A DNA stretch of 64,000 bases from Clostridia bacterium (lineage in GTDB: Bacteria > Bacillota > Clostridia > Christensenellales > Borkfalkiaceae): NCBI GenBank assembly GCA_017508485.1, contig JAFVYV010000011.1, positions 20,295 through 84,294 of the forward strand, read 5' to 3'. Numbering within the stretch: the first letter of the stretch is position 1; every line of letters starts with the position of its first letter. Under the pieces are notes generated by a model, which worked only from the letters and a program-made list of their open reading frames with translations, made no database searches and was not told the DNA's origin. Both the position numbers and the translations under genes were made by a program. Shown piece after piece: positions 48,336 through 59,471 of this stretch.

Positions 48336-50633
48336 GTGAAAAGAATAATTTTTAACCAATTTGACAGCGAACAACTGAATATAGTTAAAGAAATTTCTTA
48401 TAGCCAAGGTATTAGTTTTAGCATTGCAAAACTTTTGTTTAGCAGAAAGATAGATACGGTAGAAAAGGCAAACCGTTTTCTAAACCCTGGTAAGGCTAAC
48501 TTTTACTCTCCATTTTTAATGAACGGTGTTAAAGAAGGGGTAGAAAGAATTAAGTTAGCAAAAGAAAAGGGAGAAAAGGTGCTTGTCTTCGGCGACTATG
48601 ATGCCGACGGAATTTCTGCTACGGTAATACTTAAAAAGGCACTTTTAGAGTTTGGTATTGATGCTTTTACCCTTATTCCTGAAAGAGTGGAAGGGTATGG
48701 AATTAACGAAGAAATGGTTTTAGATTACGTTAAGAATGGCGTATCTTTAATGATTACCGTTGACTGTGGCATAAGCGACGTTGACAAAATTGAAAGGCTA
48801 AAAAGTGAAGGGCTTGACGTAATTGTTACAGACCACCACGAACCACCGGAAGTTTTACCTAACTGTCTTTTAATAAACCCTAAAATTAAGGGGAATAATT
48901 ACCCTTATAGCGGTCTTTGTGGGGCAGGTGTAGCCTTTAAGTTGGCAACCGGTTTAATAGGTGAAAAGGCTAATAAATACCTTGATTTAGTAGCGTTAGC
49001 AACCGTTGCCGACAGTATGGATTTACTTGATGAAAACAGAGATTTAGTGTTTGAAGGGTTAAAGATTTTTAACTCTCCTAACTTAAACGAAACTTATAAA
49101 GCACTACTTAAAGAAAACGGTGTGGGCGAAGTAACTGCACAAACCCTTGCTTACGTGTTAGCACCAAGAATTAACGCGGCAGGTAGAATGGGCGACGCGC
49201 GTTTTGCCCTTAATATGTTTTTAGACGAAAGCGATTTAGTTAAAAAGGTTAGAAAACTTAACGACTACAACGCACTTCGCCAACAAGAGTGCGACAACCT
49301 TTATAGAGAAGCAAAAGAAAAACTTTTAGTAGAAGGTGCAAACAAAAACGTTATAATGCTTTATGATGAAAACTGGAAGACGGGTTTTGTTGGTATAGTT
49401 GCCGCAAGACTTACTGAAGAATATTCAAGACCAGTTATTATGTTTGCTGGGCTATCTGGCATACTAAAAGGCTCTGCAAGAAGCGTTTTAGGTATAAACA
49501 TTTTTGATGCAATAGACAGTCAAAAAGACCTTTTAGAAGAATACGGTGGGCACTCACAAGCAGCAGGTGTTGCAATCAAAAAGGAAAATTTTGAAAAGTT
49601 TTATCAAAGGGTGCACGAATATTTAGAAGAAAATGTAGAAAGTGAAAGGTTTGTTCCAAGCATTTTAGTTGAAGATGAAATAAATAAGCCTTTTTCACTT
49701 AACTTTATAAAAGAACTTGAAAGGTTAGAGCCAACCGGGGTTGGTAATAAAAAACCACTTTTCGTAATGGAAGAAGAAGTTTTATATCCAACAAGGCTAA
49801 AAACTGGTAAGCACATAACTTTCAAAACGCAAATTTTAGAAATGCTTTACTTTAACGGAGAGTGGGCTATTGACACCTTAAGGTTCCCTGTAAAGAAAAA
49901 GATTGTGTTTGAGCCTAACGTATCAGTTTTTAAGAATAAAGAGTACGTAAAGGGTTTTGTTAAGGCAATAATTCCAACCGTTTCTTACACGGAAGAAGTA
50001 GGCATTGGCGTGTTTGACCGTGCAATTATGGTTAGTGAAGAAGGGGAATTTACATACAAAAACACTTTAGAAATAAAAGAAATCGTTAAAGAAGCCGTTG
50101 CTAAAAGATACGGTACGCTTTTTGTTGTAAACGACCTTGATAACTTAAAATACTACCCTGAACTAGAAGGGTTAGACGTTAACTTATTTTCTTTAGAAGA
50201 AAAAAATATGTTCAACGCAGTTATAGCGTCGCCTATTAAAAGTACGTTTGATTTAGGGTATGAAAGGGTAATATATTTAGATAAACCGTTATTTATCTAT
50301 TCAGGCGCAAAAGAAGTTTTTGTAAATAGGGAATTGACAGCGCTTAAAAATATAGATAAAATAAGTATAGATAGAAGTGTTTTTGCAACCTACTTTAACA
50401 CCTTAAAAAGTTTGGTTAACAAAAAATACCTATCGCCTTTAGATTTTATACTAAAAAATAGCGATAATTTAGGACAACTTGACCCATATCAACTTGTGTT
50501 CGTTATGGAAGTTTTCTTTGAACTTGGCATTTTCTTTGTGGAAGAAGAAGTGTTTAGGTTTAACTCTAAAATTAAAAGCGACTTAAATAATTCAAAGATA
50601 TATTCAAAAGTAAGAGAACTTAAAAATGATTGA
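48336..50633 (+). CDS. recJ: Single-stranded-DNA-specific exonuclease RecJ
   Basis: DHH-family motifs FGDYDADGISA, TVDCGIS and VTDHHEP, plus a DHHA1 GGHSQAAG motif. Confidence 0.9.
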   Translation: MKRIIFNQFDSEQLNIVKEISYSQGISFSIAKLLFSRKIDTVEKANRFLNPGKANFYSPFLMNGVKEGVERIKLAKEKGEKVLVFGDYDADGISATVILKKALLEFGIDAFTLIPERVEGYGINEEMVLDYVKNGVSLMITVDCGISDVDKIERLKSEGLDVIVTDHHEPPEVLPNCLLINPKIKGNNYPYSGLCGAGVAFKLATGLIGEKANKYLDLVALATVADSMDLLDENRDLVFEGLKIFNSPNLNETYKALLKENGVGEVTAQTLAYVLAPRINAAGRMGDARFALNMFLDESDLVKKVRKLNDYNALRQQECDNLYREAKEKLLVEGANKNVIMLYDENWKTGFVGIVAARLTEEYSRPVIMFAGLSGILKGSARSVLGINIFDAIDSQKDLLEEYGGHSQAAGVAIKKENFEKFYQRVHEYLEENVESERFVPSILVEDEINKPFSLNFIKELERLEPTGVGNKKPLFVMEEEVLYPTRLKTGKHITFKTQILEMLYFNGEWAIDTLRFPVKKKIVFEPNVSVFKNKEYVKGFVKAIIPTVSYTEEVGIGVFDRAIMVSEEGEFTYKNTLEIKEIVKEAVAKRYGTLFVVNDLDNLKYYPELEGLDVNLFSLEEKNMFNAVIASPIKSTFDLGYERVIYLDKPLFIYSGAKEVFVNRELTALKNIDKISIDRSVFATYFNTLKSLVNKKYLSPLDFILKNSDNLGQLDPYQLVFVMEVFFELGIFFVEEEVFRFNSKIKSDLNNSKIYSKVRELKND

Positions 50634-52752
50634 ATTGATTGAAAGAATACGTGACACGTATAGTGGAGAAGAACTTGATTTAGTAGAAAAAGCGTACGAT
50701 TTTGCTAAAAAGGCACACGTAAACCAAAAACGTGCCTCTGGGGAGGAGTATTTTACTCATCCTTGTGCCGTTGCGCTTATTTTGATTGATTTAGGGCTTG
50801 ACGCATCAACTATTGCCGCCGCTTTTTTACACGACGTTATTGAAGATACGCCCGTTTCTGAAGGGGATATTGAAAAAGAGTTTGGCAAAGAAGTTTTGGA
50901 ACTTGTTGAAGGTGTTACAAAGCTTGAAAAGATTGAGTTTTTATCTAAAGAAGATGAACAAGCAGAAAATTTTAGAAAGATTTTCGTTGCGATGGCAAAA
51001 GATATAAGAGTTATTATTATAAAACTTGCCGACCGTCTTCACAATATGCGTTCGCTTAACTTTTTATCAGAAGAAAGACAACAAAGATTAGCAAGGGAAA
51101 CTTTAGAAATTTTTGCGCCACTTGCAGGTAGGCTTGGAATTTCACAAATAAAGTGCGAACTTGAAGACCTTTCACTTAAATATTTAGACTCTAAATTTTA
51201 CGACTATTTAGTTGTTAATATGAAAGAACAAATTCAAGAAAGAAGGGAATTTGTTGATTACGTTGTAAAGGAACTACAAAAAATATTAGACGACTCTAAC
51301 ATTAGGGGTGAAGTTTTTGGTAGACCAAAACATTTTTATTCTATTTATAAAAAGATGAAAAACCAAAACAAACCGTTAGAGCAAATTTACGACCTAACTG
51401 CCGTTAGGGTTATAGTTAGTAGCGTTGACGAGTGCTACGAAGTTTTTGGTAAAATTCACAACAGATGGAAGCCTATTCCTGGTAGAATTAAGGACTATAT
51501 TGCAACTCCAAAAGCAAATATGTACCAATCACTTCACACCACGGTCGTTACTAATATCGGTAAAACTTTTGAAATTCAAATTAGAACTTATGCAATGAAC
51601 AGGGCTGCCGAATACGGTATCGCTGCGCATTGGAAATATAAAGAAGGAAAGCAAGGGGACGACTTTGATGCAAGACTTTCTTGGATAAGGGAAGTTATGG
51701 AATGGCAAGGTGGTCTTAAAGATAGTAGGGAATTTTTAACTTCACTAAAGGGGGACGTTTACAGTTCAGAAGTACTAGTGTTTACCCCTAAAGGGGACGT
51801 AGTTTCACTCCCTAAAGACTCAACCCCTATTGACTTTGCATACAATATTCACTCACACGTAGGTAATAAGTGCGTAGGCGCAAAAGTCAACTCAAAAATG
51901 GTACCACTTAACACCGTTTTACAGGTTGGCGACGTAGTTGAAGTTATAACTTCACAAAACTCTAAAGGTCCGTCTTGGGACTGGCTAAAGATTGTAAAAT
52001 CATCTTCAGCAAGGGTTAAAATTAAACAGTTCTTCCGTAAGGAAATGAAGGAAGAAAATATAAAACTTGGAAAGAGTATGTTAGAAGCCGAAGCAAAGAA
52101 AAAAGGTTACAATTTTGGCGATCTTTTAACTGATGAAGCCTTCTTAAAAGTGTCTTCTAAAATGTCTTTTTCAAACACGGATGAAATGTACGCATCAGTT
52201 GGTTTTGGGGCAGTTGGCACTAACCAAGTTTTAGTAAAACTAATTGATTATTATAGAAAGGAAGTAGCCGTACCTGAAGTTAAGGTGTTTAACAGTAAAA
52301 AAGCGCCTTCAAGTGGTGTTATCGTTAAGGGTATGACCGGCTTACTTGTTAGATATGCAGGTTGTTGTAATCCTGTCCCTGGCGATAAAATTATTGGTTT
52401 TATTTCAAGGGGTCGTGGCGTTGCCGTGCATAGAGCAGACTGTCCTAACGTTAAGTCAATTGAACCTGATAGGCTTATTGAAACGGAGTGGGCAGGTAAT
52501 ATCGGTGGCGAATTTACTGCAAGTATAAAAGTAGTTGCATCTGAACAAGGGGATATTTTATCAGCCGTATCAAATAGATGTTCTGCAATGAACTTAAAAA
52601 TAGTGCTAATTAACGGTAGATTTGACCAAAAAACCAAAAACGCAGTCGTTGATTTTAGCATTTTACTAAACTCTAAACAAGACTTAGATACGCTTATTTT
52701 AAAACTAAAACAAGAACCTAAAATTATTGACGTATTTAGAGTTTCAACTTAA
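50626..52752 (+). CDS. relA: Bifunctional (p)ppGpp synthetase/hydrolase (RelA/SpoT homolog)
   Basis: HD domain (HPCAVA...LHDVIEDT), synthetase motifs (YSIYKKM, DLTAVRVIV, YQSLHTTV), and TGS and ACT regions. Confidence 0.95.
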   Translation: MIELIERIRDTYSGEELDLVEKAYDFAKKAHVNQKRASGEEYFTHPCAVALILIDLGLDASTIAAAFLHDVIEDTPVSEGDIEKEFGKEVLELVEGVTKLEKIEFLSKEDEQAENFRKIFVAMAKDIRVIIIKLADRLHNMRSLNFLSEERQQRLARETLEIFAPLAGRLGISQIKCELEDLSLKYLDSKFYDYLVVNMKEQIQERREFVDYVVKELQKILDDSNIRGEVFGRPKHFYSIYKKMKNQNKPLEQIYDLTAVRVIVSSVDECYEVFGKIHNRWKPIPGRIKDYIATPKANMYQSLHTTVVTNIGKTFEIQIRTYAMNRAAEYGIAAHWKYKEGKQGDDFDARLSWIREVMEWQGGLKDSREFLTSLKGDVYSSEVLVFTPKGDVVSLPKDSTPIDFAYNIHSHVGNKCVGAKVNSKMVPLNTVLQVGDVVEVITSQNSKGPSWDWLKIVKSSSARVKIKQFFRKEMKEENIKLGKSMLEAEAKKKGYNFGDLLTDEAFLKVSSKMSFSNTDEMYASVGFGAVGTNQVLVKLIDYYRKEVAVPEVKVFNSKKAPSSGVIVKGMTGLLVRYAGCCNPVPGDKIIGFISRGRGVAVHRADCPNVKSIEPDRLIETEWAGNIGGEFTASIKVVASEQGDILSAVSNRCSAMNLKIVLINGRFDQKTKNAVVDFSILLNSKQDLDTLILKLKQEPKIIDVFRVST

Positions 52753-52756
52753 AATT

Positions 52757-53377
52757 ATGAATGTTTATTCTTTACAAACAGGACCTATCCAAAACAACGT
52801 TTATATTGTGGAAAAGGGTGGCAAGGCAGTTATAATTGACTGTGGTATGGACTTTGAAGTGGTACAAAACTTTTTGGAAGAAAAAGGTTTAACGCTAACG
52901 GCAATACTACTAACTCACTCTCACTTTGACCATCTTTTAACGGCAGATAGGTTTCAAAAGGGTGGCGCAAAAGTTTATATAGGCAGTATTGATGGCGAAA
53001 AGGTTAAAAAAGGGGATATTCTATCACAAGCATTTAATCTTCCGTCAAAAGCCTTTACGCCCGATTTTTTACTTAATGATGGCGACAAAATTGAACTTAA
53101 CGGCTTAACTTTTGAAGTTATTTTAACACCAGGTCATACTGACGGCTCTGTTTGTTATTTGGTAGAAGACTGTCTTTTTTCAGGCGATACTTTGTTTATG
53201 CTATCAATCGGCAGAACGGACTTTCCTACGGGCAGTTATGAAGATATGATAAGTTCTTTAAAAAGGCTTTCTACACTAGATAAAAACTTAAAAGTTTACC
53301 CTGGTCACGGGGAAGAAACGATTTTAGGGTTTGAAATAAAAAACAACCCTTATATGAGAAGATATGATAAAGACTAA
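52757..53377 (+). CDS. MBL-fold metallo-hydrolase
   Basis: THSHFDH motif, TPGHTDGS, and the C-terminal GHG. The start is set at MNVYSLQ. Confidence 0.85.
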   Translation: MNVYSLQTGPIQNNVYIVEKGGKAVIIDCGMDFEVVQNFLEEKGLTLTAILLTHSHFDHLLTADRFQKGGAKVYIGSIDGEKVKKGDILSQAFNLPSKAFTPDFLLNDGDKIELNGLTFEVILTPGHTDGSVCYLVEDCLFSGDTLFMLSIGRTDFPTGSYEDMISSLKRLSTLDKNLKVYPGHGEETILGFEIKNNPYMRRYDKD

Positions 53378-54716
53378 TTTAGTAGAATTTGAAAACGACT
53401 TAAAAGAAGTTTTAATGCTTTATCCTGAGGCAGAGGCTACCCTTACTGCCTCTTTTTTTGATGGCAAAATGGAAAGCGAAGTGGTTATAAACGGCAAACC
53501 GTTTAACTACTCGTACTCTTTAGAGTTTAACGATAAACTAGAAGAAAAAAGGCTTAAAAAAAGATGCGCAAAACTTTGTTTATACAAAGCGCTAAGTAAT
53601 TATTTTGAAAGGGAAATGCCTTGGGGCGCACTAACGGGTATTAGACCAACCAAACTTGCCTATATGGAAAAGGAAAAAGGTGATTTTGAAAAGTTTTTTA
53701 AGGAAACTATGCTTGTTTCTAACGAAAAAACTTCACTTATCAAAGATATTTTAGATGAACAAGTGGGCATTTATGAAAAGAACGACAATTCTTTTGACCT
53801 TTTTGTGTCTATTCCTTTTTGCCCAAGTAGATGTACTTACTGTTCTTTCATTTCAGGGGAGATAGCTAGGTGCAAAGACCTAATTCCAAAATATATTGAC
53901 GCACTCGTTAAAGAGATTGAAGAAAGCAAAAAACTTATTAAAGAGTTAAAAAGCGTTTACATAGGTGGTGGTACGCCCGTTGCTTTAGAAACAAAAGACT
54001 TAAAGCGCGTTTTAGATGCAGTTGGCGTTCAAACGGTTGAATACACGGTAGAAGCAGGTAGGCCAGACGCCATTACTAAAGAAAAACTTGAACTACTTAA
54101 ACAGTACGGCGTTAGTAGAATTTGTGTTAATCCACAAACTTTTAACGACAAAACTTTAGCCTTAATCGGCAGAAAGCATACGGCTAACGATATAATTGAA
54201 AAGTACAATTTAGCAAAAGAATATTTTTCTATCAATATGGACTTAATTGCAGGACTTCCTGAAGAAACGGTTGAAGATTTTAAGAACACTCTTGATAAAA
54301 CTATATCGCTAAGGCCTGACAATATTACCGTGCATACCTTGTGCATAAAAAGGGGTTCTAAACTTGCTGAAAGCGTTAAAAGGCTTGACGATAGTGGCGT
54401 AAAGGAAATGACCGACTACGCAAGTAATGAGTTAAGAAAGGCAGGGTATAAACCGTATTATTTATATCGCCAAAAGTATATGACGGAAAATTTAGAAAAC
54501 ACGGGTTACGCCCTAAAAGGAAAGGCTTGTGTTTACAACATAAATATAATGGAAGAAATTTCTAACATAGTTGCAAACGGAGCAAACGCAGTTAGTAAGC
54601 GTGTGTTTAACGGTGGCGAAAGGTTAGAAAGGGTAGGAAACCCTAAAGATATTAAAACTTATATAGAAAAAATTGACAAATTAGTAGAAGACAAAACCAA
54701 ACTTTTTACCGAATAA
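53364..54716 (+). CDS. hemZ: HemZ-like coproporphyrinogen dehydrogenase family radical SAM protein
   Basis: CPSRCTYCSF radical SAM motif, a HemN-like core and an N-terminal extension. The relA-MBL-hemZ neighbourhood is common in Clostridia, from memory. Confidence 0.7.
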   Translation: MIKTNLVEFENDLKEVLMLYPEAEATLTASFFDGKMESEVVINGKPFNYSYSLEFNDKLEEKRLKKRCAKLCLYKALSNYFEREMPWGALTGIRPTKLAYMEKEKGDFEKFFKETMLVSNEKTSLIKDILDEQVGIYEKNDNSFDLFVSIPFCPSRCTYCSFISGEIARCKDLIPKYIDALVKEIEESKKLIKELKSVYIGGGTPVALETKDLKRVLDAVGVQTVEYTVEAGRPDAITKEKLELLKQYGVSRICVNPQTFNDKTLALIGRKHTANDIIEKYNLAKEYFSINMDLIAGLPEETVEDFKNTLDKTISLRPDNITVHTLCIKRGSKLAESVKRLDDSGVKEMTDYASNELRKAGYKPYYLYRQKYMTENLENTGYALKGKACVYNINIMEEISNIVANGANAVSKRVFNGGERLERVGNPKDIKTYIEKIDKLVEDKTKLFTE

Positions 54717-54785
54717 AACAATTTGTGTAATTTGATTATGGAAGATAGAAGATAATAAAAAAATTAAACTTTTGGGTTAAAATAG

Positions 54786-54814
54786 TTTACAAAAGGTAAA
54801 AATTTTGTTATACT
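54786..54814 (+). promoter_or_regulatory. rpsO promoter
   Basis: TTTACA, 17-nt spacer, TG-n-TATACT. A ~95-nt leader follows, containing a CTTTAGTACC...GGACTAAA stem that may be an S15 autoregulatory element. Confidence 0.55.
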
Positions 54815-54911
54815 AATTAGGCTTTAGTACCTTTTGCAAGGTTTTTGGACTAAACTCCACCAAATACTTTGTTTTAGGTGAATTATTCCATAGTATAGGA
54901 GGTAAATTAAA

Positions 54912-55175
54912 ATGGAAAAGGCAAAGAAGTTAGAAATTATTGCAAAATTCGCTCGTCATGAAGGTGATACAGGTTCTCCTGAAGTTCAAGTTGCTCTTTT
55001 AACTGAAAGAATCAACCACTTAAACGCACACCTTTTAATCAACAAAAAGGATAACCACTCAAGACGTGGTCTTCTTAAAATGGTTGGTGAAAGACGTAGA
55101 CTTTTAGCTTACTTAAAGGACTTAGACCTTGAAAGATACAGAACTTTAATTTCTGCACTAAACTTAAGAAAGTAA
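54912..55175 (+). CDS. rpsO: 30S ribosomal protein S15
   Basis: [24 protein letters not shown] signature. Confidence 0.95.
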   Translation: MEKAKKLEIIAKFARHEGDTGSPEVQVALLTERINHLNAHLLINKKDNHSRRGLLKMVGERRRLLAYLKDLDLERYRTLISALNLRK

Positions 55176-55179
55176 AAAA

Positions 55180-55218
55180 TAAGGCGACTAATTTTTTGTC
55201 GCCTATTTTTGTTTTTTT
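55180..55218 (+). terminator. Rho-independent terminator after rpsO
   Basis: AGGCGAC / GTCGCCT stem followed by a long T-run. Confidence 0.8.
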
Positions 55219-55297
55219 GTAAAGAAATAGTTTAAGTAGTTTAACCTAAAACTCTGGTTAAATTACTTTCTAAATAAATTAGAGAAAGAGGTAAAAA

Positions 55298-57394
55298 ATG
55301 ACAGAAACTTATAGAGAGTTTAAAACAGTTATTGGTGGCAGAGAAGTCATCATTGAAACAGGCAAATACGCTGAACAAACTAACGGTTCTTGCGTAGTTA
55401 GATGTGGCGACACAGTAGTTATGGTTAACGTAACTATGGCTGAAAAGGCAAGAGATGGTATGGATTACTTCCCACTTTCTGTTGACTATGAAGAAAAGAT
55501 GTATTCTATCGGTAAAATCCCTGGTGGTTTCAAAAAGAGAGAAGGTAGAGCAAGTGATAAGGCTATTTTAACTTCAAGACTTATTGATAGACCTATCAGA
55601 CCACTTTTCCAAAAGGGTATTTTTAACGACGTTGTTGTTATTGCAACAACTTTATCAGTTGACCCTGATATTTCACCAGAACCTTTAGCAATGCTTGGTA
55701 GTTCAGTTGCACTATCTATTTCTGATATTCCATTTGCTGGTCCTACTGGTTCAGTTGTTGTTGGTATTGTTGACGGCAAGTACGTTATCAACCCTGACAT
55801 TAAGCAAAGGGAAGCATCTACTTTAGCATTAAACCTTTCTGGTACTAAAGATGCTATTATGATGGTTGAAGCAGGTTCAAAAGAAATTAGTGATGATGAA
55901 ATGGTTGGCGCAATTTTATTCGGTCACGAAGAAATTAAAAAACAATGTGCTTTCCAAGAAGAAATCGTTAAAGAAATTGGTAAAGTTAAAAAGGAAATTG
56001 AAGTTTACCACGTTCCTGAAGAAATTGAAAAGGCTACAAGAGAATTTGCAAGTGACCTTTTAGATGAAGCGTTAGAAAATTATGACAGAAGTGCAAGACA
56101 AGTTGCTCAAGACGAAGTTGAAAAGAAGACTTTAGAAGTGCTTTTAGAAACTTACCCTGAAAACGAAAGAGAAATTAAAGATGCTTTATACTACTTAACT
56201 AAAGAAAAGGTTAGAGCAAAAATTCTAGAAAAGGGTATTAGACCTGACGGTAGAAAGTTAGACGAAGTTAGAAAAATTTGGTGTGAAAACGGCGTTCTTC
56301 CAAGAGTACACGGTTCTGGCGTGTTCACTCGTGGACAAACTCAAGTATTAACAACTTGTACTTTAGGTATGATTGGCGATGCTCAAAAGTTAGAAGGTCT
56401 TGATGAAGAAGTTTCTAAACGTTATATGCACCAATACAATATGCCAGGCTACGCATCAGGCGAAGCAAGACAATTAAAGTCACCTGGTAGAAGAGAAATT
56501 GGTCACGGCGCTTTAGCAGAAAGAGCGTTAGAACCAGTTATTCCATCTGAAGAAGAATTCCCTTATGCAATTAGAATGGTTTCAGAAGTTTTATCTTCAA
56601 ACGGTTCAACTTCACAAGGTAGCGTATGTGGTTCTACTTTAGCGTTAATGGACGCAGGTGTTCCTATTAAAGCACCAGTTGCTGGTATTGCAATGGGTTT
56701 AATTAAAGATGAAGAAAGCGGTAAGGTTGCAATTTTAACTGATATTCAAGGTTTAGAAGACTTCCTTGGCGATATGGACTTTAAGGTTGCAGGTACTGAA
56801 AAGGGTATTACTGCTATCCAAATGGATATTAAAATTAAAGGTATTGACGAAGCAATTTTAAGAGAAGCGATTGCAAGAGCAAATATTGGTAGACAACATA
56901 TTCTTAACAAAATGTTAGAAGTTATTGATAAGCCAAAGGCTGAACTTTCAAAATATGCTCCACAAATTATATCATTTGACATCAACCCTGAAAAGATTAG
57001 AGAAGTTATCGGTTCAGGTGGAAAGGTTATCAATAAGATTATTGAAGAAACTGGCGTTAAAATTGATATTACTGATGAAGGTAGAGTTTCTATTGCTGCC
57101 GTTGGTGCTCCTGAACAAATTGAAAGAGCAAAAGCAATTATCCTTTCAATTGCTAAAGACCCTGAAGTTGGCGATATGTTTATGACGGAAGTTGTTAGAA
57201 TTCTTCCTAAAGTTGGTGCTTTCTGTGAACTTGCTCCTGGTAAGGACGGTTTAATTCACATCTCTAAAATGAGTGATAAGAGAATTGAAAGCGTTGAAGA
57301 AGTTTTATCTATCGGTGATAAAGTTAAGGTTGAAATCATCAAGATTGGTGAAAAGGGCATTGACTTAAAACTTTTAGAAAAGGTTACCGACTAA
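55298..57394 (+). CDS. pnp: Polyribonucleotide nucleotidyltransferase (PNPase)
   Basis: Two RNase PH domains, FLGDMDFKVAGT, and KH and S1 C-terminal domains. Confidence 0.95.
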   Translation: MTETYREFKTVIGGREVIIETGKYAEQTNGSCVVRCGDTVVMVNVTMAEKARDGMDYFPLSVDYEEKMYSIGKIPGGFKKREGRASDKAILTSRLIDRPIRPLFQKGIFNDVVVIATTLSVDPDISPEPLAMLGSSVALSISDIPFAGPTGSVVVGIVDGKYVINPDIKQREASTLALNLSGTKDAIMMVEAGSKEISDDEMVGAILFGHEEIKKQCAFQEEIVKEIGKVKKEIEVYHVPEEIEKATREFASDLLDEALENYDRSARQVAQDEVEKKTLEVLLETYPENEREIKDALYYLTKEKVRAKILEKGIRPDGRKLDEVRKIWCENGVLPRVHGSGVFTRGQTQVLTTCTLGMIGDAQKLEGLDEEVSKRYMHQYNMPGYASGEARQLKSPGRREIGHGALAERALEPVIPSEEEFPYAIRMVSEVLSSNGSTSQGSVCGSTLALMDAGVPIKAPVAGIAMGLIKDEESGKVAILTDIQGLEDFLGDMDFKVAGTEKGITAIQMDIKIKGIDEAILREAIARANIGRQHILNKMLEVIDKPKAELSKYAPQIISFDINPEKIREVIGSGGKVINKIIEETGVKIDITDEGRVSIAAVGAPEQIERAKAIILSIAKDPEVGDMFMTEVVRILPKVGAFCELAPGKDGLIHISKMSDKRIESVEEVLSIGDKVKVEIIKIGEKGIDLKLLEKVTD

Positions 57395-57420
57395 TAAATA
57401 AAAACTTATAAAAAAAGTAG

Positions 57421-57452
57421 TATGCAAGGCAAAATCGCCTTGCATATTTATT
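57421..57452 (+). terminator. Rho-independent terminator after pnp
   Basis: 9-bp stem ATGCAAGGC / GCCTTGCAT. Confidence 0.7.
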
Positions 57453-57498
57453 AAAAAAAGAATAATTTTTACCCTTACTTTCATAAAAATGAATAGGG

Positions 57499-58224
57499 GT
57501 GAAGTTTTTGAGAAAAATATATAATAAAGGTTTACAAATAGTTGTAAATTCAATAATAGTTTTGGTTATTGCCGTGTCTTATCTACTCTTTCTTCTTCCT
57601 GAAAGGACCATTACCATTTCTAAAGGGGAAGACGATGCCATTTATTATGGAGATAAAGACTTAAAAAGGGTTTCGTTAATGTTTAACGTTTACGAAAATA
57701 AAGAAGTTGTTTACAGCATTTTAGAAGTGCTTAAAAGTAAAGGCGTAAAGGCAACCTTTTTTATGGGTGGTTGTTTTGCTGACGACAACAAGGAACTTTT
57801 GGTAAAAATTGCCAACGACGGGCACGAACTTGCTAACCACGGCTATTTTCACAAAGACCACAAAAAACTGTCAATAGAAGAAAATAAAAAGGAAATTTTT
57901 AACACGGAGCAGGTTATAAAAAGTTTAACTGGTGTTAAAACCAACCTTTTTGCTCCACCAAGTGGTAGTTTTTCAAAAAGTACGCTTATTGCCTCAAAAG
58001 AACTTGGGTATAAGGTTATTATGTGGTCAAAAGATACTATTGACTGGCGCGATAGCGACCAAAAACTTATTTTTAATAGGGCAACCAAAAATCTTGAAAA
58101 TGGTGATTTAGTTTTAATGCACCCTAAAGAACATACCCTTTTAGCCTTGCCTAAAATAATTGATTTTTATATTGAAAGTGGGTTTAGCGTCGTTACCGTT
58201 TCGGAAAATATTGGAGGGGTATAA
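57499..58224 (+). CDS. Polysaccharide deacetylase family (NodB) sporulation-type protein, PdaB-like
   Basis: N-terminal TM and NodB motifs (HELANHGYFH, LFAPPSG, LMHP). The start could be GTG 57499 or TTG 57508. Confidence 0.75.
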   Translation: MKFLRKIYNKGLQIVVNSIIVLVIAVSYLLFLLPERTITISKGEDDAIYYGDKDLKRVSLMFNVYENKEVVYSILEVLKSKGVKATFFMGGCFADDNKELLVKIANDGHELANHGYFHKDHKKLSIEENKKEIFNTEQVIKSLTGVKTNLFAPPSGSFSKSTLIASKELGYKVIMWSKDTIDWRDSDQKLIFNRATKNLENGDLVLMHPKEHTLLALPKIIDFYIESGFSVVTVSENIGGV

Positions 58225-59465
58225 TGCAATTTTACAAAAAATACGATAACGGTTTAAGGGTTGTCGTTAATAAGATGGATTCAATTAAGTCGGTTTCCGT
58301 TGGCGTTTTGGTTAAAACGGGTAGCGTTAACGAAAGTAGTGAACTAAACGGTATTTCACACTACATTGAACATATGCTTTTTAAAGGCACTACTACTAAA
58401 ACGGCTTTTGAAATTTCTGACACTATTGACAGTATCGGCGCACAAATAAACGCCTTTACTTCAAAAGAAATTACCTGTTATTACACCAAATCAACAAGTG
58501 AACATTTTAGAAAAAGTTTTGAAGTTTTATCTGATATTTTCTTTAACTCTACCTTTTTAGAAGAAGAAAGCAAAAAGGAAAAGGGCGTTATTATTGAAGA
58601 AATAAATATGTATGAAGATATGCCTGAAGACCTTTGCTTAGATTTACTTAGCGAAGCATTTTTTGGCAAAACCGGGCTTGGACAAACTATTATAGGTAAC
58701 GAACAAACGGTTAATAGTTTTACTAAAGATATGGTTTTACGCTATATGGACGAGTATTATACGCCGGAAAACGTTGTTATTTCAATTTCAGGTAATATTG
58801 ATGAAAAACTTGCCTTTGAAGTTGTTGAAGAAGAGTTCTTAAAACTATTTACAAGAAAGAATAATAAGCGTTCAAGTATTATAGAAAAGCCTACCTTTAA
58901 CGGCAATATATTAAAGGTAAAAGATATTGAACAATCACATATAGCAATAGCCTTTCCTACTTTTAACGTTGCTGATGATAGAAGTGATATTTTTAATATT
59001 GCAAACACCGTTTTAGGTGGGGGTATGAGTAGCAGACTTTTCCAAACGGTTAGGGAAAAGTTAGGTCTTGCTTATTCAGTTTATTCATATCCGTCTTTAT
59101 ACGAAACTAACGGCGTTTTAGATATTTACGCAGGGGTTAATCCAAAAAGTAGAGATTTAGCCTTTGAAGAAATATTAAAAGAAATTAAAAAGATTAAAAA
59201 AGGCATAACTGAAAAGGAATTTTTAAGGGGTAGAGAACAAATTAAATCTTCCTTTATAATGGGGCAAGAAAACAGCGCAACGCAAATGCTTTTATACGGT
59301 AAGTTTATGTTGTTTTTTGATAAACTTTTCAGTTTTGATGAAAAGATTGAAAGGATAAACAAAACCACTTTAACTGCCGTTAACGATATTTTAGAAGAAA
59401 GTTTTGACTTTTCAAAAATGGCGTTGGCAACGGTTGGCAGAGATGATAAAAAATTAACCTATTAA
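58224..59465 (+). CDS. M16-family (pitrilysin/insulinase) zinc peptidase
   Basis: HYIEHMLFKGT (HxxEH) motif; 413 aa. Confidence 0.85.
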   Translation: MQFYKKYDNGLRVVVNKMDSIKSVSVGVLVKTGSVNESSELNGISHYIEHMLFKGTTTKTAFEISDTIDSIGAQINAFTSKEITCYYTKSTSEHFRKSFEVLSDIFFNSTFLEEESKKEKGVIIEEINMYEDMPEDLCLDLLSEAFFGKTGLGQTIIGNEQTVNSFTKDMVLRYMDEYYTPENVVISISGNIDEKLAFEVVEEEFLKLFTRKNNKRSSIIEKPTFNGNILKVKDIEQSHIAIAFPTFNVADDRSDIFNIANTVLGGGMSSRLFQTVREKLGLAYSVYSYPSLYETNGVLDIYAGVNPKSRDLAFEEILKEIKKIKKGITEKEFLRGREQIKSSFIMGQENSATQMLLYGKFMLFFDKLFSFDEKIERINKTTLTAVNDILEESFDFSKMALATVGRDDKKLTY

Positions 59466-59471
59466 AATTAA